Shown here: piece by piece, positions 1-12,689 of the stretch | How the letters are laid out: each line of letters begins with the position of its first letter | Position numbering within the stretch: position 1 is the stretch's first letter | Source of the DNA: Microbotryum violaceum | Lineage: Eukaryota | Assembly: GCA_001244265.2 (NCBI GenBank) | Contig: CDLV01000010.1 | Coordinates: 1,178,001-1,242,000, forward strand | Length of the DNA: 64,000 bases | Reading direction: 5' to 3' | Program-made: the position numbers and the translations under genes | Notes under the pieces: model-generated | Database searches by the model: none | What the model saw: the letters and a program-made list of their open reading frames with translations, nothing else | What the model was told of the DNA's origin: nothing

Positions 1-285
1 GAGTTGACGTTGAGCGGTTTGGGAGGCGTTCGGATTTCGGGGAGCGGAGTCCGAGGTGGTGTTGGACGACGAAGATGGCAATGTTGATGCAGGTGGGGTT
101 GTTGTATCGGACGAGGGCGCCGTACTCGAAGTCGAATAAGAATGTAGTCTGGTCCAGTTCCCGGTCGAGGTGGGCGTGACGAAGCGCGTAACTCGTCGCG
201 TCGAACCCGGTGCAGTCCGTGTCAGTCGCCAATAACACGCCGAACATGTCGTCGAGCTGACTGATTTCAGTGCTGTGGAGGCCAT
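1..285 (-). CDS. 5' part of a gene running off the window; N-terminus resembles a mitochondrial presequence
   Basis: Open frame from ATG 285 (an in-frame ATG also lies at 429) to the window edge: MASTALKSVSSTTCSACYWRLTRTAPGSTRRVTRF...RLHSYSTSS. It is R/S/T-rich with no acidic residues in the first ~55 aa. Confidence 0.45.
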   Translation of the reverse strand, partial: MASTALKSVSSTTCSACYWRLTRTAPGSTRRVTRFVTPTSTGNWTRLHSYSTSSTAPSSDTTTPPASTLPSSSSNTTSDSAPRNPNASQTAQRQL

Positions 286-958
286 CGGCTCCCTTGCGAT
301 CGAGCCTGGTGTTGAACTCGGCCAGACCACTGTGCGGAGGGAGGCTCGTCGATCGTTTTCTCGCCGGGAAGTTGATCGGAAGCGCGTTCGATTGCTGTCG
401 ATTGGAGATTCGAGTTGCGCGCACGCCATTTGATGGTCCATTAGTTCGCGCGAGCCGATTGTAATGCAGGAAGAATGCGCTTCAAGCGCACCAAGATGCC
501 ATCCGCAAGAATACAGAAAGGCGCTGGAAGTGGGCGAAATGCCATTAGACGCCCCTGATAGCCCCTAACCATCCTCACCTTGTGCCAGGTCGCGATCATC
601 CTACGTTCTGCGCACTTCCGTGTGTGCCCTTGTTGAGGGACAAGAGGACAACATGTCAGCTATACAGTCCCTCCAGAGTCACGAATTCACCTGTCCCTAG
701 TAGACGACGTGCTCGAGATCCCGCATTATTCGACAAAAGTTACGATTTTCGAGAATTGGTGGTATGCCTGCGGCTATTGATCCTTCTTGTGCAAAGTCAG
801 AGCCAGTGGATCTATGCAGCACTACATTCACAGAACCACAAAAGGGGACTCTAAATCTGAGCCCCCATCACCAACCCTATGTAGTTTTGGTGAATAGGCA
901 CAACTGAGAAGAGAGAGAAGACAGAGAGAGAGAGTCCTGATTTTTTTTTTTTGTATCA

Positions 959-3539
959 CCAGTGGGAACCCGTTAAATTAACGGGAGGGTGAAATTCAAA
1001 TAGCAGCAGAACTGAACAGTCTACATGATTTCAACAGAGGTCAAATAAACACACTACGAAGTACAGCAAAGAAACAGTTCTCCATTCATCGGCCAAACAG
1101 CCTGCCCGTTGCTTGTTGCCAAAAACGTCGTTGTCGCAGAGTCGGTTCAACTTGGCTTCAAACGCTCGTGCAATGAGTTCCGGTCGGTTGCATGCTTGGT
1201 CGTTCGGTCCCAGTGCAGCCTTGATTTCAGGCCATTCGGGGTGGCACGTCACCGTGATGAACAACGAAGGCTTTCCATATTTTACGACGCACGCGTCATA
1301 TCATCTTGTTAACGCTGCGTGCTCTCGCGCGGTCTATTCTTGAACGTTGAGCCCAAAATCACCGAACATCCAACTTGATCCGGGGTCAAGTTGATGATGC
1401 CTTGGCCCGTGGTGAGGCGGAGGTTTTCTTGATCCAACTGGAGGTAAGTTGAGTCGATCGGTCTCGACCTGGGCGTATCCGTTATCACGAACGCCAGGAA
1501 GGCACGTTGGGTGCAATGCGGGATTGAGAAGTACTCGTCGCGTTTGTGCAAGTCGTACGCAAATAATTGTGAACGTGAGACTCGCCACCTCGATCCCCTT
1601 TATTTGAGCTTCGTCCTGGGCGTTCAAACGTTCAATGTCAGTCTGTGCATGCGCCTTAACAGAATGGAACATCCGAGAAAGAGCCGAAAGGGCTTACGTT
1701 CACCATCACCATTCTCTGCGTCCCCTTCCTCCTCGTCGCGGTCTTTTGGCAAAGAGTGGCCCAATTTGGTTGAACGCGCAAAGAGGAATGTTGAGGTGGA
1801 AGCTATCTTCCTCTGCGGGGAAGAGTAGTGGGTAACGGAGAGGCATCGCAGACGGATGGAGCGAGCTAACGATTTGGTACTTGGGCCGACCATTGGGACA
1901 TCGATCACCGTGCACCTGGAGAATAAGGTCTTGAGGTCCACGATCTCCCGTGTTGGTGTCGGAATCGCAGATAAGCATCGCCATTTCGGTGCTCGACGTA
2001 GGAAGGTTGTGGGTGCGTCGGTCTCGGCCAGCTGGTAGGCAGAGGCACGGGACCCACTCTTTGGCCTAACCTGCGCGAGCTTTGGCCGATGCAAGTTCCC
2101 TCACCAAGCGATTGCCGGTACGCAACGTAGAATTGAGCTTGGTCAAAGTAGATCTTTGTATGCGACTGTCTGCGCCGTCGGGTCCAAGTTGAGTGTCGGT
2201 GGCCTCGGCCGGGCAGATGAGCCATGTTTTGGCAAAGGTTGGGCGCTGATTGATGGCAGGAATTAGGGCGCCGAGAGTGGGCCCAGTCGATGGTAAAGGC
2301 GTCAAAAAATCCGAAACACGCGGGGTCCTTGAGTGCCTAGTCGAGTCTGGTCAAAGTGGGCAGCGAGCGAAGTGAAGACAGCGCGTTCAACTTGTTGTAC
2401 GACCGGGCATTCTCGCGGAATGCAACCGCTTCTGGTGTAGGTGGGTCGAACCGTTCAGCATGTGGGCCTACGACGGACTGGAGAGACTGACCGGTATCCG
2501 ACCCTTCAAGCAGCTGTCGATACTCGGGATTGGGCCGGAGAGAGGAGGTAGCTGCACCTTACCCTGCGAGCAGCACGTGCTCAAGTGTCCGGTTCGTCCT
2601 TTGCACTCCCAGTATCAAGCCTTGCAGTGGGCACACACGGCCATCTGGGGCCGAGGTAGTCGCGGATGGGAACGTGGGGCTTGAGTGGTTTGACCGCGGT
2701 TCGAGGCCTGTCACTTGCTCTGCGCAGGAAGAGGTGGTGGTGGGGCGAGCTCAGCGTCAGTTCGGCCATCGGGCCATCGCGCTGACCACGCTGTCCGTTC
2801 TACAAAGCTGTACGGCGGCGCTTATACGGGTCGCAATACCAAGATCGGTTGAGTTGTTGTCATTGTGCGCGGGGAGCTGATTCTGTTGATCGGAGCGGGA
2901 CAAAGAGGAGAGTCGAGCAGCGGGCCAAGCAGCAGGCGCTCGTGTAAGCTCGAGCAGGCCCATGGTCTCCCATGGCACGGCGGTACGCTATCCTCGCGCC
3001 AGACTCGGCGCGGTTGTCACAAAAATTCGGTGAGCGGGAGGGAAAGGAAAGAATTAGAGAGAGTATCGTGGGACTATTTACAGCCCCTGGAAGATCCTGT
3101 TGTTGTTCAGCCCCTAAAACCGGTGTCGCGTTGTAAACAATACACATCACGTGATTGACGGCGCATCCGTAAGCCGCGCCCGCAAAGACAGCGGGACAAC
3201 CTCTGAGCTCTGTAGAAGAAGTGTCATGCAAACCCACGCGCTTGCTATACATTAAATCCCACACAAACTGCTCAATAGTTGGGCACCCGCCAAAAATCAA
3301 CAAAATTTTTCCTTGGGCTGTAGCTCGACTTTTATGGTGCAGAAAATGCGAAAAGGGTCGTACATGACTTCTGGTCGCGACGCCAATAGCACAGGCAGGT
3401 GCGGCAGACGTATTACTGTACTGGTACATTCACTATAGGCGGCCCAGAGGGCCGCAACACAGTCAAAAATAGCGATTTTAGGTACATGGTCGCGGATCGA
3501 CCTTTTTTTATATATAGAGGTAGTAAAGCCTTGTTTAGA
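959..3539 (-). mobile_element. Helitron, degenerate and internally deleted (non-autonomous)
   Basis: Fragmented RepHel N-terminus on the minus strand: CAHCKA*YW...CCSQGKVQLPPL, FRENARSYN, LHPSAMPLRYPLLFP, and Rep motif-1 region FITVTCHPEWPEI...NRPELIARAFEAKL. The 3' end has hairpin CCCGTTAA-A-TTAACGGG (969-985) followed by CTGG|T. 5' end candidates are A|TC at 3539 or TCTATATATAAAA at 3518. Confidence 0.85.
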
Positions 3540-4008
3540 TTTCACGTATTCGATTCGATTATCTGTAAAAAACCAATCTTTATTGAAAAAGGGGGAGGGG
3601 GGGGGGGGTTTAGACTTATGTAAAGTGAAAACCACTGGATCTATGCAGCCCTCAGATTCATAGAACCACCAAAATTCAATTCGACGCGATTTTTCATATT
3701 TCTGGCTGTTGGAGAGCGATTTTTGGGCATTTTCATAACATCTGTTCTCCGAACTCTTTCAGTGTACGACTCAAAATAGGCACACATCGACTCCTCAGAC
3801 ACCTTATCCCGATATACAAATCGTCCTAAGATGGCTGTTTTTCGAGACGCACATTGCAATTGGGCTGAGCTTTCCCGGGTCCTGCTCTGTCTGTGGGCAT
3901 GTGGGCAGCTGTGGGCAGCATGCATACACGCGACTCGAGCGCGCCCCTTTTGAGTGCATATACCTCATTGCCTTGCTACCCACGCCATGAGCTAGACAGC
4001 ACACACCC

Positions 4009-7000
4009 ATGTCGACCGTACTCCAACCTAGCACGCCTTTGGCTCTTTCCCAGCTTTCCAACACAGTTACCCCCGCACGCGGACCGGCGAGCGACAGCAT
4101 ATTGGCCAAGTCGCACGCGCCGCCGCGAGCGGGAGCGGCATCAACCAACTCGCACTCGTCCTCCTGCTCGTCGTCGCCGCCGTCGTCTCCGAAGACCAGT
4201 GCGCTCTCGCGCTCCCTGCAATCGACCGCCGCTTCCCCTTCGTCGTCGGGGATCTATGCCGCGAACGCTCAATCGGAACGCGTGAGGATCGATCTGCAAC
4301 GCCTGGAAGAAGCGAAAAGGGTCGAGAGTCTTAGAGCGAGGTCAGTACGCACCGCATGGGTGATCGCTCTGAGCGGCTCTGAGCCTCTGACGATGATGAC
4401 TCTGGCCGTTGCTGACATGAGCTCCTCTCGGCGTGTTTCTTTGTGTGTGTCGTTTGCCGCTCGCATTTCCCCTGTTTGCCCTCTTGCCCCTGCACTTTCA
4501 CTGACACCAGTTTTTTGAGCCCTCCCTCCTCGACACACCACACACCCAGCTCGACACGCAACATCCTCGTCTCCAGCCCCAGCACCGGCAGCTCACCTGA
4601 TCGTGAGCCCGACCGCGACGGCGGCGACAGCAGCGACGGTGGCAGCGGCGGCGCCCCCACTTGCAGGTCCTCGTCACGTGGAGCCGGCGAGGGCGATCAG
4701 TACCGTCACAGTCTCGGTCCAGTCACTGCCTCAGCTGGTGTAGGGAGCACTCCAATTTCTTCTCCCCCTTCTTCACTTTCATCGCAACAGCCCTCGCCAG
4801 ACTCGGTACTGGCTTCGGTCCTGGCCAACATGTCCCTCAACGCCGACTCGCCCTCGAACTCGGCCCTCTCGTCGACCCCTGCTGTACCCGAGACTTCGTC
4901 GCCAACAGCACCTGCAAAATCACCCAAGAGGAGAAGTTTCCTCAGCAAGCTCGCGGGCGCCATGGATGGCGTAGCACATTCGAATTCCACATCTACAAGT
5001 TCCCTGGCAAATCACCCCGTCAAGGAAGAAGTGGTTGCTCAGACTCGTGTGGACGCTTCATCGACTCGTACTAATCCACTTCCCAAAGCGCCGCGACGAG
5101 CGACCAGTAAAGAGTGAGTCAGCTATGGTCGATTAACCTCACAGCTTGGCCATGTATTAATGCTACAAGATTACCTTCTCCAGCGACTTGACGCTCTTGA
5201 TCATCAACTCGGGCGTCACCGAATTGGGCATGTCGATCCAGGAGGTCAACACCATTCTTTTCGAGATCCAAGTCAGTCAAGCTTGTTCCCCCCGTGCACA
5301 GCAGGATCTGAGCAACGATCGGGATCTGAGCAACATCACTCTCTTTCAAATCTCACTAGGAACTCCGCCATACCACCTCGACAATCAACCCCTCCACATC
5401 CCCACACGGCTCCTCCCCTTCCTCATCAACCGGAACCTTCCACGCCGAGCGCAGCCTCTCGAATTCCTTGACCTCCGCTGGGGCCGGCCCGATCGACCAC
5501 GACGAGATTTATTCGCATGAAGCGGCATCCCTTACGACTTCGATCTCGGAATTGGATCTGGATGGCTCTCGATCGGTGGCGAAACTGGGGGCAACAAGGA
5601 CGGAGGCTAGTACGTTGAGTGAGGTCGATTCGGCGCTGATGCGCTTGCAGGAGAGGTTGGAAGCGCTGGCCAAGGTCAGTCAGCTCACGCGGTTGAGCGA
5701 AGAAGGTATGACGGTACTTACTTTCGAACTTGCGTGCCCTCCACAGGAGTACTCCGAGCTCGAGGCACAGATCTCGCCCTTCCTCGACGAATCCGGCCAA
5801 CCGAGCGGCCCCGCAGCCTTCTTGGCTTCGAAGTGGAGCACGACCATACTCCAGTACGAAGCCGTACAAAAGGACGCCGAGATGTTGAGCGAAGAGCTGA
5901 AGGAGGACAAGTGGCTCGTCGTTTTTCGCACCGTATCTTCCCAAGCTGAGGATATGATGAGGTCTTTGGAAAAGGTCTTGACGCAATCGCATCAATTCGT
6001 ATGGGATATTGAGAGACGACGACCCTCTGCCGCAGGGACGTCCTCTGTCTCGGGATCAGGTGCAGGTACGCCAAGTAGTACGATCCTTTCGTTGAGTTCA
6101 ACTTCGACTCCTTCACGAAGCGTCATGTCGACGTTCTTGTCCAAATCACTCCCAACCGCAACGAGTCCGACGGTGCCCAAGGCGTATTTTGGTGATCCGG
6201 AAACGATGCAACCCTTGTTGACCTCGTTCATCGCCTTGCATCGCTCGCTACATTCCAAAGTCAAAGTGGGTATAGGTTTCGGGCACCAGAAAACACTGTG
6301 TCGAGCGGACATTGATCTCTGGCTTTCACTGTGGTCACCCAGTATTATGCACCCGCTTGCGATCGAGTGCTCAAGATCCTTGGGAAAGGAATTGCGGATC
6401 GAAGTACTAAGAATGGAGAGGTATTGCGTCGGTTCAACGAGATGAAGACGCGTTGGAGGAACCTTGTTGAACGGATCGCCAGGATAGAAGCTGAGATGCA
6501 AGGTGTCGAAGAGATGCTAAGGGACGCGGCAGAGCCTTCTTCTGCAGCGGCGAGCCCGACCTCCTCCGTCAGCACATCTCGTCGACCGGTCAGTAGTGAT
6601 AAGCGGGACTCGCCTCTGAGGAAATGGGCCAACAAAGTTACGGGCGCTGGAGGATCAGCGCGACACCAGACTTCGACGCCGCCTTCTAGACCACCCGTCT
6701 CGCTGCGCAATTCCACCAATGCCAGCCTTGCCGGCGCGTCTGTTTCGGGCTCGCGCACACCTACGACAACGTCGCGGGCCTCGACATCTCCTATCACGAT
6801 TCCTTCCCCCGTTGCATCCTCGTCCAAGCCGTCCGTTCAGACTAGGCGTCTCTCCCACTCCCACTCCCCTAACGCTCCCGCGCTCCCTCCCGCCTCGACG
6901 CCTCCGAGGCCGCCTTCGTCCGCCTTCAAGTCTTCCCGCCCGGAGACTTTGCTGACACCACCTCTCCGCGTCTTGAACCTCGAGCAACCGGTCGCGTCTT

Positions 7001-8181
7001 CCGAGTACGGCCGCGTTTCTTCTCCGTCGCATTTCGGCCTCGGGCCGCCGCAACCGCATTTCGCGTCGCGCCGAACACATTCACCTTCGATGAGCGTTGA
7101 TGGATACTCCGAAAAGCCGCGCTGGAACTCATCGACGAAACCAGCGGACTTGAATGATCGTACCCGACCACAATCACGCAATGGTATGGCACCTCGTGCC
7201 TCGTCTTCAATGGGCATCCGAGTACCTTCGCGCTTGGATTCGTTCGCTCGACCGACGTCGCCGACCTTTTCGGAAGCCTCTTCTGCCTTTACGGGTGCGA
7301 GGCCAGGCACGCCGAGTCGGATCCCCATTTCCAAATCGAGGCAAAGTTCGATCAACCCCGCTTCGTTCCCTCGCCCCGACCTACCCGACGACCACACGTC
7401 ATGCATGCAACGCGTCATGTCGCCCGCACCCAGTGATGCGTCGACTCGTGCTTTTTTATCGCGCTCAACTCCGGCTGGACGTCGACTACCGAGTTCGTCG
7501 AACCTCTCGCCTCCACCTCGGATCTCGTCTCCGACAGGGTCGAACTATTCTTCCACATCGGCGATGGCGCGTCGAGCGTTCTTGCAGACGCCTGAACCTC
7601 ATTTGCTAGCCCAAGCATCCCGCCTAGCCTACGTACGGGCACCTCGTCCTCCACCCATACCCGTTGTCCCGCGAAGTGTACGTCGACCGTCTGAAAGCGG
7701 CCACGACGCTTGTGCCTCCCCCGCGCGATCAAGTTCCCGTGCGGGCCCTACCCGCCCCGGAAGTTCCCTAGGTCGAAGCGTGATGTCGTACGAGGCGTCC
7801 GTCATTTCCTCCGACGAAGACCTCGAGGAAGATGCCGCTGCCCTAGCTGCAGTGCGGTACACTGCTAACCCCCTCGACACGCTCGACGTCACCATCGCAA
7901 ATACCATAAACTCCCTCCCCATCCAGTTACAAGTCACCCGCATAGACCCACCTTTAACGCGAGCCCAACTCGCTCAAATGGAGATCCTTCAAGCCAAGTA
8001 TCTTTTCGCTCTCACCAAGAGTCAGAGGGAAGCGAGGAGGAGGAAGGCGGTGGTGTGTAAGTTGGTCGATCGGCTGGGACCTAGGGTTGGGAGAGGGGAG
8101 AAGAAGGTCGTCGTTAGGGCTGGGACGGGGTGGATGGATTTGGATGCGTTTGCGATGGGGGTCTTGGCGCAGGCAGTGTAG
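4009..8181 (+). CDS. KAR9-family protein with C-terminal GAR (Gas2) microtubule-binding domain, multi-exon
   Basis: Spliced LFEIQ|ELRH; KAR9-like core DAEMLSEELKEDKWLVVFRTVSSQAEDMMRSLEK; S/P-rich linker; C-terminal VVCKLVDR...VVVRAGTGWMDL. Introns ~4341-4510, ~5114-5170, ~5272-5359, ~6266-6342. Confidence 0.75.
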
Positions 8182-8718
8182 GAGTGGCCGGGGCAGCTGC
8201 GGGTGGGGCAGAACCTTTTTGTGTACCGGAGATGCCGTTGACAAGCACGCTATAGAGATAGAGAATAGCAGCGGCATTACCTGCGAGTTTGCTTCCACGC
8301 TCTACAAGTGCGCATGTCAACACAAAGAAAGTAGATCTCCAACTTAGGCAAATTGCACCCCGCTAGAAAGCGTTCGAGGTCCGATCCGCTGAACCGCTCA
8401 AATTGAATGCACAAGCGATTCACAGTGCACTCCGCTCTCGTCTCGTTTCGCGCAGTGCAGGTTCGGCCGGGCTTGCATTTCGGTTATCGTTCGGTTAGGG
8501 CACTGCACTCGCCGACGAGACCCAGCGTGACCGCGCTCGACTCGGAATCGGAGGTATTGGAGGTAAGATTCAACCCGTCGTGGGTCAAACCCGGCAGAAA
8601 ACAAATGAGGTACTGGGGGGCGGCCTCACGGCACTGAAATCCCATCAAAGCCCGCCCGTCGCGGCATCACGCGTCTCCCTCAGGCTGGACCCCTCACAGC
8701 GCGGCTGCTGGAGTCTCT

Positions 8719-11142
8719 TGCCTGGTCCCGGTTAGGAGAGTGGGGTCCCACTTTACCGCCCTCCCGAGACGTTCGCGGGCGACCTCACAAAAACCTTCAT
8801 TGACTGTAGCCACAGGATCGATCTCAGCAGATGAACTTTGCGTTCTCATAACTATCAATCATAGGGTTGGACCCATCTCCAACGGTCGTCATCTCCGTCT
8901 CGCCCCACCGTTCCAAGAACTCGCCATGATCAACGACGCTCAACCCTCTCACAGTTCCCGGTCCTCCACTCGCGTTCAACGTCAAAGGTCGTCGAGGTGA
9001 GAAATAGGATCCAGAGGCCAAGGTTGATTCAGAGCTCCGTGAGGGGGAGGAGAAGTGCGCAGGTGACATGACGAGTGAGTATAGGTCGCGCAAGAGATGA
9101 AAGTCGGTCGGGAAGAAGATGTCGAAGAAGCCCGGTTGGACGAGGTAGGTCGTACAGGCCACCGTCTGTCATGCGGAGTGAAAGCATCAGTAAGATTTGG
9201 ACCGAAATGAATCCCAATACTGGCCAAGAATGAACGCACCTCCCCCTCGTACCGCGTCTGTACGACGGGTGCGTTGTGGCCCGGAATCGCATCGGGCAAG
9301 CTCGAAAAGTCCGAAATGAGCAGCCGGTGCGCTGGGAACATGTTTCTCAGCACGTCGAGCAACATGAGCTGCTTGGTCGGCAGAAAATCGGGCTTTGTCA
9401 AGTTGGGCACAAAAGGAAGGATCGAATAGAGCTTGCGCAACACCGGCGACGCGGACATGAGGCGATTGAGGGAGGGTGAGGCACGCTGGTGCGAAGGGAG
9501 CCGAGATCGTAGAGTGAGGTATCGTCGGATGAGCGGGTCCGTGGCGGGCTCGTACAGTTCGGTGTAGTCGCCTGCCGAGTCGATCGAGACGATGCATTGG
9601 TACGGCTCGTGATCCTTTGTCGAGTATCGCACAACGTCGTGGGCGAAATTGTCCTACGCGCGAGACGGGAGGAAAAGGGTCAGGCCTGATTGTTTTCTTG
9701 CATGCAGGTTCCGAATGCGCAGACTTACCAGCACTTCCATCGCCAGGAAGAAGCAAGGTTCGGGGACGACACGCTCAAAATCGAAGATGCTCCCACCCAA
9801 AACCTCGACCTTGTCCTCATGCCCCTTGCGCTTCGCCGGCCCCCCTTGAGCGGCTTTGGCATCCCCTCCCGATGCCCTCCCCTTTTGTAGGCCCTGCAAC
9901 CTCTCACTGATCTCGATGATACGGTACCGTGTGCGCTCATAGACTTCGGGTTCCTCCATGGCGATGTAGTCGAGGATGTCGCCCATCAGGGTTCCGTTGC
10001 CGGCACCAATCTCGTAAATGATCAGGTCCTCGTAGGGGTACAGGTTGAGCTTGTACTCGGCGACGATGAAGCGTGCAATTGCTCTTCCGTACCATGGCTA
10101 CTAAGAGGATGACAACAGTCAGGAACTTGATCAAATCTCTCACACAGCACGAGATCAAGAGCTCACCTTGAACAGCTCGGTCGGGGTATGCCACACCTGT
10201 CTACCGGGCCCTCTCCTGACCGCACCCGTGGCACCCGTGTTGAGCCCTTCGAATTCGCCATACCGTCTCGCGATCTCATCCTCAAACTGAGCGGTCGTCT
10301 TCAACGAACCAAAGTCGAATCCCTCTGCTCTGGCATTAGCCTCATCGACGGCTTGTTTCACTTTCCCATTCGGCGACGCTGCCATAGAACCGACTCCTCC
10401 TCCTCCTCCTCCTCCTTCCGCTCCAATCCGATCCGGATCAAAGATGACCGCCTGAGTCGAGAAATATCCATAATGAGGGTTATAAAGACAATCATCGATG
10501 AAATGCCTCGCAAGCATGCGCACCCTCCTCGGAGGGGTCCGACGCGAAGCCAACTCTTTGGCCGTGACGAGACGGTATTGACTTGCGTCCGGGTCCGGGG
10601 TGTCGCCGAAGGGATTCGAAACGTAGTTGTAGCGCGGTTCTCGGGACGATCGGGCTCGGAGATCGGGGCGTTGGCTTGATGCGGTCGTCGTCGAGGGGGA
10701 TGTCTTCAAGGTTGAGTCGGATCGACGCTCCCAAGAGGACGGCGACGTCGTGGAGATGGACCGTTTGGACGACGAAGCACAGGTCGAAGTTGAACTCATG
10801 AAGCGCGTACATGATTGTACCGCCTGGCAAGACTTTCTTCGCAGCGCTGCCATGATGATCGCGGGTGCTTGACCGGTCCGAGCACCGACTTGGGTGCAGA
10901 AGGCAGCCAGCAACACCGAGCGCGTTGGTGGAGCACGTCGGCTTGTAGCGACGCTATTCAGCAAGTCAGATGCAGTGGAGGCCTGGTAACCCCTCCTTTG
11001 ACACAGTTGCACATCAGTGAAATCCCAAAAGATGCGAAGCCTGCACTACACGCCGGTCGGAAACACACCATGGCCCAACTCAAATCAAGGAGAAAACCGA
11101 GAAGAATTGTTGGCAACCCCTGGCAGGTTCCCCAAGTCCCAC
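8719..11142 (+). repeat. 2.42-kb direct repeat, copy 1 (partner 25186-27609)
   Basis: Six-frame ORFs match at a constant offset of 16467. The mismatches I saw are at 8732, 8734 and ~8771. Confidence 0.97.
8824..10853 (-). CDS. NDUFAF7: NDUFAF7/MidA-family mitochondrial SAM-dependent arginine methyltransferase, copy 1
   Basis: MLARHFIDDCLYNPHYGYF, QVWHTPTELFK, IYEIGAGNGTL, FFLAMEVL|DNFAHD, GFFDIFFPTDF; presequence-like N-terminus; 3 introns. Confidence 0.9.
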
Positions 11143-12689
11143 TGCACGCCAGTGTAAATGCACGAGACCAGGCTCAGTTATCAGCGAGCGGCGAGGTAGG
11201 CCGAGCGTATACGTCGTCGACTGTGACACCTTCGTAATTCCATTCCAGTACACAAGCGAAAGTGAGCTGGAGCTACTTGCACTCATGGAATACCGAACAC
11301 CTTGGGACGAAAGTTGGGCTTGGCTGCGTTGCGTATCTGTGCTGACGTCGCTGAGGAATGGTTTTGTCGATCCCATACACGGAACGTGGCGTTTCCGACG
11401 GTTGTGACGTGGCATCTCTTGGAAGGTGGAAGATAATCGGGGGGTATTTCTCGAAGAATACCGGCATCGTCGAGCTCGAAGTAGGTGACTCGGAGGCCAC
11501 TGGCAAGGCAGCGAGCTGGAGTCGCAGACCAAACGAGAGTCGCCGGGTCGAGAAGGGAGCGGTAGACTGCAGGTCCTCCAACCAGTGGCACTGCAACGGT
11601 GAAGATCATACATTTCTGCCGCTCGGCGCCGTCGTTCCATGGACGCTAGTCGCATGTTTCGTGAGCAACCGACCGAGTCGCCGTCGAATTGTCGATCACC
11701 TGTGCGAGTTTCCTCAGCGTCGCAGGCCCGAGGCGTTGGTTCATCTACTTAGAGACGTCCACCTGCCGTAGGACCCCTTTCTCAGCTTTGGTTGACCTCT
11801 GAAAATAATTCAAAGTTAATGAAGGTACTGGAGTTCTGTTGCGGAGACGGACTCGACGGTGTCGGTGCCGGTGCCGGTGGCGTAGGCGACCTCCGAGTCG
11901 GGGATGAGATAACTAGAGGAAGAGGGGCCCAGTTTGAACGCTCCCCTGCGGGAGGAGCGTGGGTGTACCAGAACGCAGGAAGAATATGATCCGAGTGGAG
12001 CTACCTCGACAATTGCGTTTTTGTTTGACCCCAAGGGATCGATCCCGCGTCTTCGTACTAGTACCGAGCCTACTCGATAAACCAACTTGTCGGAGACGTC
12101 TTCTACCGTGTACCAGTGGTCGCACAAGTTCCAAAACCCGGCCGAGGAAAAGTCGACATCGACGACGAACGTAAAAAGGAGCGCAACCATCTTAGGAAGA
12201 AATGGTGGAAGTCCAGCAATCCTTGAGCTCGACGACATGCGTCGACTCATGGTGCAACACCGCGACGTAAGCATGATCGTCATTGATGGAGAATTTTGAG
12301 ACGTAGACCCTGGTTGGGTGCTCCCGATGAACAGCCTTCATGTTGTTCAACTACCCGCAAAGCTTCGAATTCGGTGGTTTGTCATCCGCTTGCGACAGCG
12401 CAAGCACCAAGAGCTATATTCTATCTGGAAATTAATATCAGTTCGTGGGATCGGCGAAAGTGGGGTGGCCATCTTGTTCTGCCGCCACCGAGCACCCGTC
12501 GGGCTTTCGGTGGCAAGGATTCTGCTTTGTATTGCGAAGCGGGCGCGAGAAGATTTTGACGTAGTAGCAAAAGTCGCCTCGTGGGGGACCCGTCTAGACA
12601 CCCCAAGAGCGGGAAAATTACAATAATGGGCGGTCTCCGATACGTGTCGAGTTAGAGGAAAAACCTACGAGCGACGCGATCCTCTCTTA

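Noticed and set aside
662-853. MITE with TA-CAGTCCC / GGGACTC-TA ends
   Set aside because: The inverted repeat is only ~9 bp with a mismatch.
8493-8500. GGTTAGGG / CCCTAACC as a telomerase RNA template
   Set aside because: An 8-mer is expected by chance. No pseudoknot or CR4/5 is recognisable, and the surrounding hairpin folds better on the opposite strand.
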